Position numbers and translations under genes: made by a program. Of a stretch of 64,000 bases of DNA, positions 40,701 to 53,243 are shown in pieces (within the stretch, counting starts at the first letter, position 1; every line of letters starts with the position of its first letter). Location of the stretch: positions 11,198,651-11,262,650 of the forward strand of contig CM120647.1 of the NCBI GenBank assembly GCA_051362555.1. Reading direction: 5' to 3'. This DNA is from Lingula anatina. Its lineage: Eukaryota > Animalia > Brachiopoda. The notes under the pieces are model-generated. The model searched no databases and was not told the origin of the DNA. It saw nothing but the letters and a program-made list of their open reading frames with translations.

Positions 40701-43700
40701 TACAACTACAACACCAACCACAACTACTACACCCACTACAACTACAACACCAACCACAACTACTACACCCACTACTACTACAACACCAACCACAACTACT
40801 ACACCAACTACAACTACAACACCAACCACAACTACGACACCCACTACAACTACAACACCAACCACAACTACGACACCCACTACAACTACACCAACAACAA
40901 CTACAACACCAACCACAACTACAACACCAACTACAACTACAACACCAACCACAACTACAACACCAACTACAACTACTACACCAACAACAACTGCAACACC
41001 TACCACAACTACTACACCAACCACAACTACTACACCCACTACAACTACAACAACTCTTGGTGAGGAAGACTGCGGGGGCTGCACCATCTCGTCGTACTGG
41101 GCGTGGCAGCCGCCGTGTGTGGACGCTAATGGCAGACAATACTGCTGCGAAGACGCTCTCGTACATCCTGTTACCGGCTGGTGCAAACTGCCCGTGTGGC
41201 GGGGGACAGCGTGGTCCTTCTGGACAAATTGCGACACTGCTGGGCGTGGCTGTGGCTGTGGAGAAAGGCAAAGGGAGTACGCATGCTGGGACCCATATTA
41301 CGAACAAATACCCATGTTGGACAGAAAACCGCCGTATTCGGACTGCAGAGTTTGGTATGTTTTATACTGACTTCAGACATAAAATATGGTGTTTTGGTCC
41401 TGTAACCTGTATAATACGAGAGGCTTTTTGTTTAAAAAGTGTTTAAACATTAGGGTCAAATTTATCTTCTTCTTTGAACCAAGTTAAATCAGTAATGGCT
41501 CATTGAAATTTCATATTGTGCTTTTCGCGCACGAAAGACATTGTTAATGCTGTAGACCAATGTTCCCTTTATTAAGAGTAACTATTACGGTTTATCTTCA
41601 AGTAAACTGTCTAAAGTTTTTGGCTGAAAGGCCAAACAACCTAATTTTGGGCTTTAGCTCCTTTGTCAATCGGACAATTTTAGCATTTTGGTTGTGGGAT
41701 GGTTCAATGGGAGTCAAATGAGAGAGCATTTCAACTTCGCTGCTCGACTTACTAGGGTTGCGTAAAGCCAGGCGAGGTGTTGCGGAATTTAGAGCGCGGG
41801 GCTAGAAAAAATGGTATATTAACGCGTGGGGCGTGCCATCGAATAGAAATAATTTATTTTATCCACGGATATTGTTTTAGTTGTTTTCTACTAAGTTTTA
41901 TAAAATTATATTCAGTTGCAAAACAGCACGGACACTCGCCATGTCTTACGCGGAACTTGTATCGTTTTCTGAGAGGTGATTCACGGCGCATACAGTTTAA
42001 CCCTTAATGGTTTTAACAGGTTAACCCTTATGTGCCTCACATAGACACTCACATTAGTCTGGTATGACGTCACGCAATACGTCACATAATACCGTAAACT
42101 TCGTTTCCGGGTACCTCAGTTGTCTTTCATCCCATTAGATAAATCAATAGAATTATAGGTTTGACTATTACCCGAGGTAACTTGAATACACGTATATATC
42201 TGTTTGATTGATAATAATAATTATTATTATACCTACGTGTACATATTGTTGCCCAAGTAATTAATGTATAAGGTCCGGTGTAGCACTAATACCTGTCGCA
42301 GCTTTGATGCTAGTTCTATTACAGCTTCATTTCTCATGGGACTGGTACATGTTATCAAAAATGGTACTAACAGCGCAGTCCAGGCGTCTTAATCTGTGTC
42401 TGTACATTAATGGCTTAATCACTCTGCAAGCGTTACGTGTAAAAACACAGAAATGTGTGACTAGATGTAGATAAGACGTGGCGATGAAGCTGTACTTTAA
42501 TTTATATCAGTAAACTATAAGGCTACTGGACACGAACACTTACATTTGCACATCATTTCATAGAATGCCTACAAAATATCTTTGCAAATATCCATTTCGA
42601 TTTTGGCACATTTTCTTTAATAAAGGGAACACTTTCTGTTGGCGGCCATGATTCGGCCATATTGGCGGCAAAGGTACCCATGATTGGCTTGAAGGTCTTA
42701 TGTGGACCAATGCCCTAGGTACAGATTAAGAGCTAGCTCACGGTGGATCACCCATGGCACAGCATATCTTTTTTTTATTATGCGGCCCAGCACGATAAAA
42801 CTAACAGGAGTGTAGAAGAATAGTTAATAAGTGTACAAGGTGTTGACGAAAAACAATGTGATTACTGTCGTTTAGGATAAAATGCAGACAAAATAAGAGT
42901 TACCAGAGGTATAGGAAAGGCAAGAGTTTGAACAGCACCTCTAAGGGTGAGTCAAAACAGACAAAACGGAGGAAAAACGAGCAAATTTGGAAACGTTTTT
43001 GGAAAAACACACCAAGGGGCTTAAGGCTTAAGGGTGAGTCGAAGTGTAAAGAAGTATAATTAATTAGTGTTTCCATATATTGTATATGCAGTTTTTCACT
43101 TTGCAATGCTTATCATACTCTTGAAACTCCATTCTTATTCCTTGGCAAACAGCGTACGTTTGCATTTAATCGACTAAATCCCGAATGGCTAATGATGTTG
43201 CTCCTAGCCACGCTTCATATGTTCGACATTTTATTCCCTAACTGACTAATTATATCTATCAGATGGGTACGTGGTTTGGCTTTTATTTTTGCCACCGCTT
43301 ATGCTTATAACATTAGCAAACGAAAACTTGTCATTAATTATTATAATCATTTGTTAGAGATTCTAACTTGTATTGCTGTTTATTAACACACGAGATTTTA
43401 TATAGAAAGACTGCAGTGATGTCATGAAATTAATATTTCGTTTATTTATGTATTTAGGCAAAGACAACGGTGTAACAGTATAGCTTGTTCTGCAGCAGAA
43501 TGTGATTATAACACCAACCCCGAGTAAGTACCCAGATATGTGAGACAATGTATAAAACTGATTACAACATATATTAGTGAACAAAGAATTGGATTTATTA
43601 GTAAAAACTATCATTTTGCCCACAAAACATGAAAAACGCCCACACAACATGAAAAAAGTTGCATCGTCAACGAGATTTGCTATTTGCTCGAAGACACATT

Positions 43701-43809
43701 GGGTTTGTTTTCTCCTAGTTTTACATTAACGTTTTTCTTCTGTTTCAGCTGCGGTTGTTGCGAAGGGTTTGTCAGAGACGATTATAACCAATGTGTACGA
43801 CAACCATAA
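29995..43809 (+). CDS. Astacin-family (M12A) zinc metalloprotease, ~1028 aa: signal-pro-astacin-EGF-CUB-Thr/Pro stalk-Cys-TSP1-Cys tail; exons 29995-30117, 31464-31586, 32248-32443, 32626-32764, 33112-33187, 35654-35857, 36164-36290, 36842-36967, 37366-37484, 38115-38281, 39486-39607, 39917-41354, 43458-43523, 43749-43809
   Basis: Signal peptide; pro-motif LAGDM; furin site RHKR; WEENTCLRF; GCYSYVGR; [19 protein letters not shown]; Met-turn YDYGSVMHY; IGQR..LSFND; [21 protein letters not shown]; CUB CGG..SPN..CNWLI..DFVEIK..GPRFC; TSP1 [20 protein letters not shown]. Fourteen exons with consistent phases, 3087 nt. AATAAA at ~44038. Confidence 0.93.
38384..38640. mobile_element. 257-bp fold-back MITE (PIF/Harbinger-like) in astacin intron
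   Basis: Almost the whole element is an inverted repeat (ggcttcgttcacatgcaatgtc ... gacattgcatgtgaacgaagcc); TAA on both flanks. Confidence 0.9.
38925..39185. mobile_element. 261-bp MITE with ~38-bp TIRs
   Basis: gtcccagttttataaaggacgtttagcactaaccagtg ... cactggttagtgctaaacgtcctttataaaactgggcc; CTG on both flanks. Confidence 0.85.
39937..41053 (+). repeat. Coding 18-bp minisatellite encoding (PTTTTT)~62, mucin-like stalk of the astacin
   Basis: In frame with the CUB exon via the acceptor at 39916 and continuous with the Cys-rich C-terminus. Confidence 0.92.
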
Positions 43810-44154
43810 GTCATCGAGAATGAGACACTTAGATGTAAAAATTAGAGATATTGGGATCGCAAAGAATTTGGAACTCAAACATCCTAAGTTATAATTATTA
43901 TCATTGAATAATAACGGATCAATTAGACGTGGATGGTCATAAAAGCAAGACTTCAAAAACATCATGAAAGGAAAGGACACACAGTTGTCTCCACGAGCTG
44001 CTCACGTACATAACTTGTTCATTTTGATTACATCATTAATAAAATGTAATATAACATATTGATCAGTGTGCAAATAATGAATCCCAAGTATACTCTTCTG
44101 CAGCGTTACGGTCTTCAGTGGTTTCCGTGGTGTGTATTTTCATGAACGTGGTTG

Positions 44155-44300
44155 CCCAGCAGACAAATTATGTTGTTTTAACGTTGAAACAACGTTGAAC
44201 CATAACGTTGATAAGACGTTAGATAAACATTGGATTTGAAATTGGATCAACGTCAGATAACAACGTTGTATCAACGTCAGATAACAATATTGTATCAACC
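44155..44300. repeat. Short caacgttg-type internal repeats after a cccagc start; probable non-autonomous DNA transposon fragment
   Basis: Repeated aacgttga/caacgtcagataa units; no matching second terminus found. Confidence 0.4.
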
Positions 44301-44584
44301 CCAGTTGTTAGACAACACAATATTATAAAGCACAGGGGACTAAAGACACAAATACATGTATGGCCTAGGAACAAACAAAACGCATCAGTAAGCTTGGTTA
44401 TATAACAAATTCATCATGTTTGACGGTTAAAATGTCACACTGTGTCTTCCAAGAAATCGCAGTATTTGTCGTAATACTATGTTTTAAAAATTGTGCTTTT
44501 AATGAAAAATTCTCGACAACGACACATCTCGTATTCCAATCCAAACAAGATCTTTGCAAAATCCCAGCGACCTAGATCACGATA

Positions 44585-47500
44585 TTACGCATTCCAGGCT
44601 TTCAAAAGAGCTTCTTTGTTCGCTGTCACCCACTGCTCCAGGGTCGCCATCTTTGGGTTTAGCCGCTTACATTCTTCTGGATTCCTGTCGATTCCACACT
44701 GGTAGAACCGAAACATATTGGCCAAGTCATTGGCACCGGGGAAACCAAACCCTGCCATCTGTTCAGCTGTCATCTGCAAGCATATAAAGAAAAATGAATG
44801 AATGGATGCATATATAAATAAATGAGATAAAATAAAAATATGACAATTTGACAAAGGGTTCGCGGGTCTCTGTAAACTCCCCGGACCCCCCCCCCCCCCC
44901 CCCCAGCCAGTTGTTACATCGTGGCATGCCTAGGCCGACATATTGCCGACTTTCACACCAAGGGGAATATTCCTACATCTGCAGCTAAAATGACCGCATG
45001 CAACCTTTTTACCAAATACATAAAGATAAGCTATATTAGAAAAACACATTCTGTAAAATGAAAGCCATAGTATAACATGTTTGTACTACAGTGACTATTT
45101 TAGTTGAATCTGTTTATGAGCTTATCAGCATGACCTAATGAAAATGTAATATTGCAGCAAAAAAGGGTTATTACCTTGGGATTAACGACAGTGACTCCCA
45201 GAATCTTGCTGAACATGTCGCAGTATTGGTCTATGGTGTATATCCAGCTGGCGAGCCCAAGAGACTTCCCGGTCCACTCCCTGGGGTTGTTGAACAACTG
45301 ATGGATGCACTCTCCCGCGTCTGCGCACACGATCATGTGCATAGGAACATCTCCCATTGGTATCCCTGACGGGAAAATGAACTTAAAAGTCTGTATTACT
45401 TGTTCACAGAAAAAGTGTAGCATAGACGTTTTCTTTTACCAAAAGACGGCGCCACGAAGACTCCCAAACACGTGGTGCTTTTCTATAGAAAGACCTCCAA
45501 TCGACCCCAGTACTTAATACAATAAGAAATGAAAGTAGCGCATTGAGTGATTTCGTGTATTAAACGTGAGATGAGACAAGGGAACTGATTGCAATTTTAA
45601 AACCATGAGCACGGGCCAGTCTAACTGCAGTCTCCTTAAATACAATCAAAACAGATATTACCACTGTTATAATTAGACACTGCACATTTTAGAATTTAAG
45701 GTTTCAAAAAAATTATAATTAACTTATATCAACGACCCTATTTTCTTCAATATGTTGAGTAAATATTTAAGCATTCCAATCCCATCATATAATTATAATT
45801 GGCATAAATATCTCACTGTCCTTTAAAGTATGCTGGCCATTTTATCTGTTTATTACTAAGTAGAATAAGTATCATTGTGTCACCTATATTATTATGTCTA
45901 AAAAAAGGTGCATTATCAAATAAAAACCGAGGGCCTCCTATGCCATTCTCTTTATAAAGGCAACTGCCAATGCAAAGAACTCTTCTTATCGTGCACAATG
46001 CTTTCCGTTAATGTCGATTTTTGTTAAATAACGTTTGAAGCAGCTGGCTTACCCAAAGCAAAATTTCCGTCCTGTGTCTTTTGGGGTTTCATTATACCGA
46101 AAAGGTTCTCGGCGTAGAAGGCATACCGCACAACCGTGTGAGGAATTCCTGTAAATAATGAAAACAAGACTTACTAGCTATTAAAGGGATAATAACTCTT
46201 CGTATGAGATCTATATTTCACAATAAAAACATTGTGAATAACTCATAGAAATATAATATATTCTGTTTTACCACAAAAACGGCAGTTATAGCTATTACTC
46301 TGATATCTGAGCTTGTCTTTAGACCACGTGACCTCCACTAATGGCTATACTCTGTGAAAATCTCTTAAGAGATTTTAACAAAAAACCGAACTTTTTAGAA
46401 AAAAAAAACAGGGACTAACTTTGAATGTAAAAATGGATTCATTAACCATTGGTAAGTATGGGAAAATTGTTGTTTACTCTAGGAAAATTCATTTTTTGGC
46501 TGAAACGAAGAGTTATTATCCCTTTAAGTTAGTTCTGTCTCTCAAGTCTATACGAAAACTACTGAAATAATACTGGCAAGGGGAATCCACCAAGATAAAA
46601 TAAAACAACGTCACTAATAGGGAACGTACTAGAACCCGCGAGTACTGGGTTCAGCTTTTTGGCAATAAGTCTGAAACTCACTGCGTTGGGAATATCTTTT
46701 TTCGAAAGCGATACAAAAGTCAAACGCAAAACATAGTAACAGCAAACTGTCGTGCATTTTTCTGTAATTTGTCAGAACTTAACACCAAGCAACCATAAAA
46801 TATGCGTCGATAAGTTCTGACAACTTTTATTCGTTGGCGCACCGCAATCTAGTCTGCTATTATATGTGATTCAACTCTCTCCAATTCCGTGAAACATCAG
46901 TGGATTTGACGCAATGCGCGAGACGTAGAAACAAAGAATGTATTCTGGTTTCCTACCAGCTTTTTTTTTTCTTGAGATGCAGAAAACTAGAGCACATCCT
47001 GCAATGATGTTGCAGCGAAAAAGAACCATAGCCTAAAATCCGGTCTTTACTTGAAGTGATAACAGTCCTTTTGCAACTTCTGACCAATGCCGTTTTGCAG
47101 TCTGTACATGTACTAGTATATGTAGGATCCTTGAAAATTCGAGAATATGTTTTTACCTTTTGCTTTCATATATTCCTCAATAACCGCTTTCCCGTCAAAG
47201 TGGGCCACGGAAATACCCTTCAGTTTTTCTGCTGCGTCCAGGCTGCTGAAGACTAGGTGCTTCACACCACAGTCTGCGCATGCGTCGGCAATGTTTTTGC
47301 CCTGGTTACAAACAAGAATAGATAGATATGGGCACAGATTTTGCAGGTACTGGTAAGCAGACAGAACAGACAAGCTAGATTTTTTCTAAACAATATGGAT
47401 AAGCATACTAATTAATTTTCATATTTGCGTACAGGTGGAATTTATACCCACAGAGATAAATCTGAGGTCGACTGCAATCATTCTTAACGGATGCTAGAGA

Positions 47501-47979
47501 GTATTTTTATATTTTTATATTAAAATTTTTATTTTTATTTTTTTATATTTTATATTATAATTTTTTATTATAACTTTTCTAAAAAATATTTAAAAATAAT
47601 CGTCTGACTTCAGGGATGCTACGTCAGCATACATTGTGTTGCTCATACATACCTGCTGAATTTCTTTCTCTTTGTCAAAGTACTCCCACCAGTTGGTGAC
47701 GGCAAAGCAGCCATAGGCGCCGCTCAGCGCCGACTTCAGGGACGCCACGTCGTCAATGTCTGCCTTGACGACCTCACAACCTGCAGGAAATGTGGTGTCA
47801 TGGGTGTGGTTATGAGAGAGAGTGAGAGAGAGAGAGAGAGAGAGTGAGAGAGAGAGAGAGGAGGGATGGAGATTGAGATAGGGAGAGACAGAGCGAGAGA
47901 TAAGAAGAAGAGAGTGAGAAATAAAGGGAGGGGGGAGAGGGAGATACAGAGAAAGACAAAGAGAAAGATAGAGAGGGAG

Positions 47980-48075
<96 letters not shown>

Positions 48076-48384
48076 GGATGCGGAAGGTTACAGTAATCCA
48101 CATATACCTAAATTAATCTACATCAAAGCCATTACAGCAACTCGTGTTTGCCTGAAATCATTTAAAGAAAACTGGGTATAACTGATCAGGCAAAACTAAG
48201 TAAAACTGCTAACATCATAACAGTGTAGTTGGTCAAGTCAAGACTGACCTATCTGGCTCAGAGCCTTGCCTTTGGCGCTACCAGGGTTACGAGTGACCAC
48301 TCGCACTTTGTACTGGGGGTCTCCTGCTAAGGCTTTGGCAACAGGACCCCCCTGGGTCCCAGTGGCGCCAAATACTACGACAAT
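44585..48384 (-). CDS. NMRAL1: NmrA-like family domain protein (HSCARG-type NADP(H) sensor), ~296 aa; exons 48384-48249, 47780-47653, 47301-47157, 46148-46053, 45365-45175, 44773-44585; start exon uncertain (possibly ATG AAG at 49525-49520)
   Basis: IVVVFGATGTQGGPVA Rossmann motif, VRVVTRNP, GAYGCFAVTNWWE, EIQQGKNIAD, GVKHLVFSSL, HFDGKAVIEEY, IPMGDVPM, GFPGANDLANMFRFY, LNPK. Phases agree. Confidence 0.93.
46185..46523. mobile_element. 339-bp non-autonomous DNA transposon (Kolobok-like) in NMRAL1 intron
   Basis: 19-bp TIR agggataataactcttcgt / acgaagagttattatccct; TTAA on both flanks; purine-purine 5' terminus. Confidence 0.8.
47815..48072. repeat. Compound (GA)n/(TA)n microsatellite
   Basis: Directly visible; on the - strand it forms a long pyrimidine tract upstream of the acceptor at 47781. 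Confidence 0.9.
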
Positions 48385-50184
48385 CTGGAATGTAAATGAC
48401 ATCATGATGTTAGTTTAACATAAAGGGTTTTTCATATCGAGAGGTTGGCAACCGCCCGACAGCTTATCACGCACAGTATATAGGACAGTAGGTGTGAAAT
48501 AATCATCTGAACGGACTCTCAGCGATCATAAATTATAAACTTAGCTAAAACAGCAGAAATCGGACATGAGGAGAACTTGGGAACAAAAACTTTTTGCGTA
48601 AATGCATGTTAGGATCTACAGTGCAGCGACCAAAGTGTATCGGTACAGTCAATATCACTAAACCCCCCTTTACGTCCTTTGTGCGACCATGAAACCGGAG
48701 GCACAAGCATCGCTTTGGTTGCAGTATGAATGCTCAATGAATGGCCAGTTGTCGGCAAGTAAATTAAAGTTGTTTTTTTTTTTACTCTAGCTCAGATGGG
48801 GCTGTACTACGGAACGCAGAACGGACGCCGTCCAGTCTAAAGGGGGCTTAAGGGATACCGCTCAATGAAAAGAACCTCACATACACCCTACTGCAGTCAA
48901 GACACCAGACCACATGTTCTTATTTTTCAAATAACCAAATGAGGTCTTATATCGGGCCTAGACTATGCTTTTTCTAGTTGATTAAATTGTACACAGGGCA
49001 TTTTATAAGAAAAAAATAACTTTCATTGCGGTCATTTACGTATGTTGTCATATTTCCAAAGTCTTTGGAAATCCACTCAAAATCTCCTTAATACAAAAAG
49101 TGCCTAAATATAGACCCATTAATTCGGCGTTTCGCTTCAACGCCTGAGATAGAAAAACATTCCCGAATTTACAAGTTACTGCCTTGGCTAGCAATTTCCA
49201 ACGTTGAGCTAAAAATGTCGGTAGATGAAATGTTTAACTCTATATGTTATCCATGTTATGTAGGCTACTAGTACATCGATGTTCATGAAAGACACCAACA
49301 AAGTCAATCATAATATATAGCTTAATTACCGTTGATTGGTTACTTGGCCAGTTACGTCCAGTTACTTGACCAGTTAATGACTTTAATTATTGCCAAACTC
49401 AAATGAGATTCAACTTCTCCACCTTAACTAAAGACCAGCATACATGCAGTGTAATATTGGAATGGAATGTATCACATAGCGTTTAAAGAGGTTTAAAGTA
49501 AACAGACATACAATGTAACCTTCATGAGAGCACACGAGGCGACGCATGGGTGGCCGTCAGGTATTGAGACTCGATAGTAGGCCTACCCATATTTTACAAA
49601 GGGTTAGTGGAATTATTCACCAATTTATCCGTTCACCAGATTTTTTCAGCGGAGAGAACGGATTGTAAGAGATGTGCGGTTAGAGCCTTAGGATTTAAGC
49701 TTTAATTATCATCCAGATACCGAAGATGAGGTTTTTCCTGCCTCTAATTATTCAATAATGCTTCTACCTTTGTTCTGATTCAAAATAATAAAAATTAATC
49801 CCATCCAAAATGTAAATTATCGAATGTATGTTATTATAAGGCAGTAAATAAGGAATTTTTGGCAAAGGCTAACTATATCCTAAAAGAGCCGATCATCTCG
49901 CTCTTTATCTCCGTTCTCCCAGCTGCCTGCAGGTGTCCGGTGGATGACCTACTTCCTGGCTAGGGTCAGTTTGGGCGAAACACCACATATTGATATAGGC
50001 CTATACAGACCCGTACACAGGTGAGGCATTTTGAAAAAATAAAATGGTTTGAAAAATTCTGAATAAAAATTGGTCTGGGTTGTACATCATCAATGTCATT
50101 TTAAAGATGGGTCACCTGAAGGGGCAAAATGTCAGATTTTGTCGAAAAAAAAATCCCTCTGAACTGGCCGGCTACAGGCTTGAG

Positions 50185-50220
<36 letters not shown>

Positions 50221-50466
50221 ACACACACACACACACGTGTACAGATAAAGGAACAAGGTTTTAACCGCGTGGCGTCAACAACTCTTGGTGGTTTCTTTGC
50301 AGAGATCAAACACACGCGCACACACCTGTCTGTACACACCTATAGTTACGCAACATACATGTACATGTACTGATTATCATGCCCTTCGTACCGGTAGTAT
50401 GATTTACATTCAGAAAAGTGTACCCTATTTAATTACCCCACCATTAAACTACAATGCTTCTCTCTG

Positions 50467-50507
<41 letters not shown>

Positions 50508-53243
50508 GTCCTCCATAATTCAGTTATCGTTGTACACATGTACTCTGTACTTACACGAGCTGACTTGTCCGCCATCTTAGCAGGAATGAGGCGACCCCAG
50601 CTGAGGTGAAGTGTGCCAAATAGGTAAACAAAACACTGCAGTGCGAGCGTTAAGAAAGTATACTACTCGCGCCTGTTGTTGAACAGCGGCAAGTGTGTTG
50701 TAGAAAACTGGTAGAGCTGACATGAAAAACAAATTGCATAAAGGGAAAAATGTAATCATGAAGAGGAGTGCTTTTTTGAAGATTTTAAAGTCCAAATTAA
50801 GACTTAGATAACTGATCAGTTTTTGCCATTGATACGGACTGTTAACTACTCGACATATTAGGCCTATTCGCACGAGAATGGGAGAAAATAGATCAGGGTG
50901 TCTGACGTAGTCACTTTTCCGGGTCTATAAAGCAACATGTTGACCGAAAGCAAATTGCGATGACAGCTTTAACCGACAGCTTCAAAACCTGGATAAAAAT
51001 GTTCTACAAGGAAACATCAATATAAAGTTGCGACATTGCTAGCGCTGTAATCCGACATTGATATAATCCTATCCACATAATGTGTCCTTTATTTTTTCTC
51101 ATTGATCAGAAATCAGCGATTATGTTACATGCAAGTTGTTTGCATTGGAGAACAGTCCGTTTTATCAAGCCTTCCTTTCCTGGATATAACATTACAATCT
51201 ATGCTGATTATACATAATCAGAATAATAACACGATTTGCTTTTGCAACGGTGTAGTAAAACTTGACTTAAGACCAGACAAAATCGATGTTTACTAACTAG
51301 CGCGACCTACCCTAATTTTGAGGAATTTGGATTTTTTTAAATTGTAAATTGCTCTTTCCAACACGCGTATGTTTTGGAAGTAAATGACTTACAACATAAA
51401 ATAGAGACAGGGGCAGATGACATTAGGGTTTCATAGTTTTTTTCTTCTAGCATTGCATCTCAAACAATTCACTTCCATTGGTAGCCCACTGACACAGTTT
51501 GATGAACTTTCGTAGACTAGAAAATGTTTTACTGATGCAAAATATAAAGAATAAAAAAAGATTTTACTTAAATATTTCCTTTATTTTACTGACATCAACC
51601 AATGCTGTTGACATTGTTGTCCTGAGATAACGATGACAATAAACAATAACAACAGCTTAACAATATATTTCCTAAATTGCAGTAATATATTTATTAAAAC
51701 AACAAGAACGAGAAGAACTCTAACAGAATAACTCGACTATCTCATCAGAACCCTTGTTTGACAGCAAAAATGAAGGTGAAAGCAAGAGAGACCTATACAA
51801 CATCAAGTACCGTCTATTGTTGAGACTCTTTTACTGTACATCGTTTTGTTGGTCTATTAACTCACATTTACCCTATAATTCTATTTTTTTAATTAACACG
51901 TCTCAGGATTATACTTTCACTCTTTTGAATTAACGAGGTCCCGATTCATTGTCCATGCAACAGTACTTTAAAGTTGGGAATTGAATGCTGATTTTTTTTT
52001 AATTGGCAAACGTTAAATTACCATATTTAACAAAAACAAAACCCACTTTCATAAATAAAAATAATAATAATGATAATAGTAATGGGTTACAGACGTGAGT
52101 TAAAGCTACCGGTAGGTGGTTGGCCAGAGGAGACCAATTCAGGTATAGCAGCTTTATTTGAAATATTCAAGCTGTAGTGCATTATAGAGCAATATTTGAT
52201 GAAATAAAAAAGACAATTAGAAAATCATAAAACCTTTCAACAAAATATTCTATGGTAGTACTATGTCCTAAGCGACTATGTACTACAGGTATGTACTATG
52301 TCCTAAATGACCTAAGCGTCAACATGTCTCAGCAAATAAGAAAAGGAAAATATTGTATGGCAGTATTAATTAAGATGTCTTTGAGAACACTGGTACATCA
52401 AATGCAATTGCATTTCTTGGGGACTAAAAAGCTTTTAGGTTTCACTACAAAACAATAACTTACAAAACATAAATATGACTAGAAAAATATCAACAAATTT
52501 GGCAAGCGACAAATCAATTGCCAACAAATATGACTGAAATGTGCGCTAATATTTTTGGCAAAACATAGATAAATATATTAAATCAACTTTTCTTTTTCAA
52601 ACCTCTCACTTCTTTCAGTACGCTTGTTAGTGTTTGAGAATTCACCACTCTAAGTTACAAACACACTTCCTAAGATGTGCCCTACAAACTTGCTTTTCAA
52701 AACTTTTCTTGACTATAAACACCAAACACTTCTTTTAATAATATAATAAATATAAGTAAGTTTTCTATTCAAAGTAAGGGAGCAATTAGTACTTGTCCTT
52801 GACCTTCAGGATAAAGAGGTGAAGGTCATTAATTTGAATGGCAACTTATTAAGAGGATGGCAAGAGGATGTGAGATAGCCACACGGGAGAACTGACCACA
52901 ACAATGACTGCCAGGGAGAGTTGGGTAATGACTCTATTTTTTTTAATGGGGAATAATTATCAATCTTTGAAAATATAATTTTGGAATCATAAAAAATATG
53001 TTTCTGTGTGCCATTTGTTGTGCTTTTTCTCTTCAGAACAGTACTATAGGATAGCCAGCTTTAGCGTTTTGTTTCAATCACTCAATAGGAATGTTCCATT
53101 TTTCAGAATTTCTGGATTGAAAAATTACAGAAAAAATCCCTTTTCCCCCCCTATTGAAAATATTGAGTCATTACCGTACATACATGTATCAATCTATAAG
53201 AAATCACAACTAACAAAATTAACAAAACTAAACACCACTGTTC

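Noticed and set aside
39876-41307. Long ORFs rich in N/H/Y (+), V/G (-) and C/S/G (-) overlapping the Thr repeat
   Set aside because: Shadow frames of an A/C/T minisatellite that lacks stop codons. Only the PTTTTT frame joins the CUB exon and the Cys-rich tail.
42294-42424. Exon-like segment (cag...gtatt) on the minus strand within an astacin intron
   Set aside because: Stops in all three frames and no partner exons identified.
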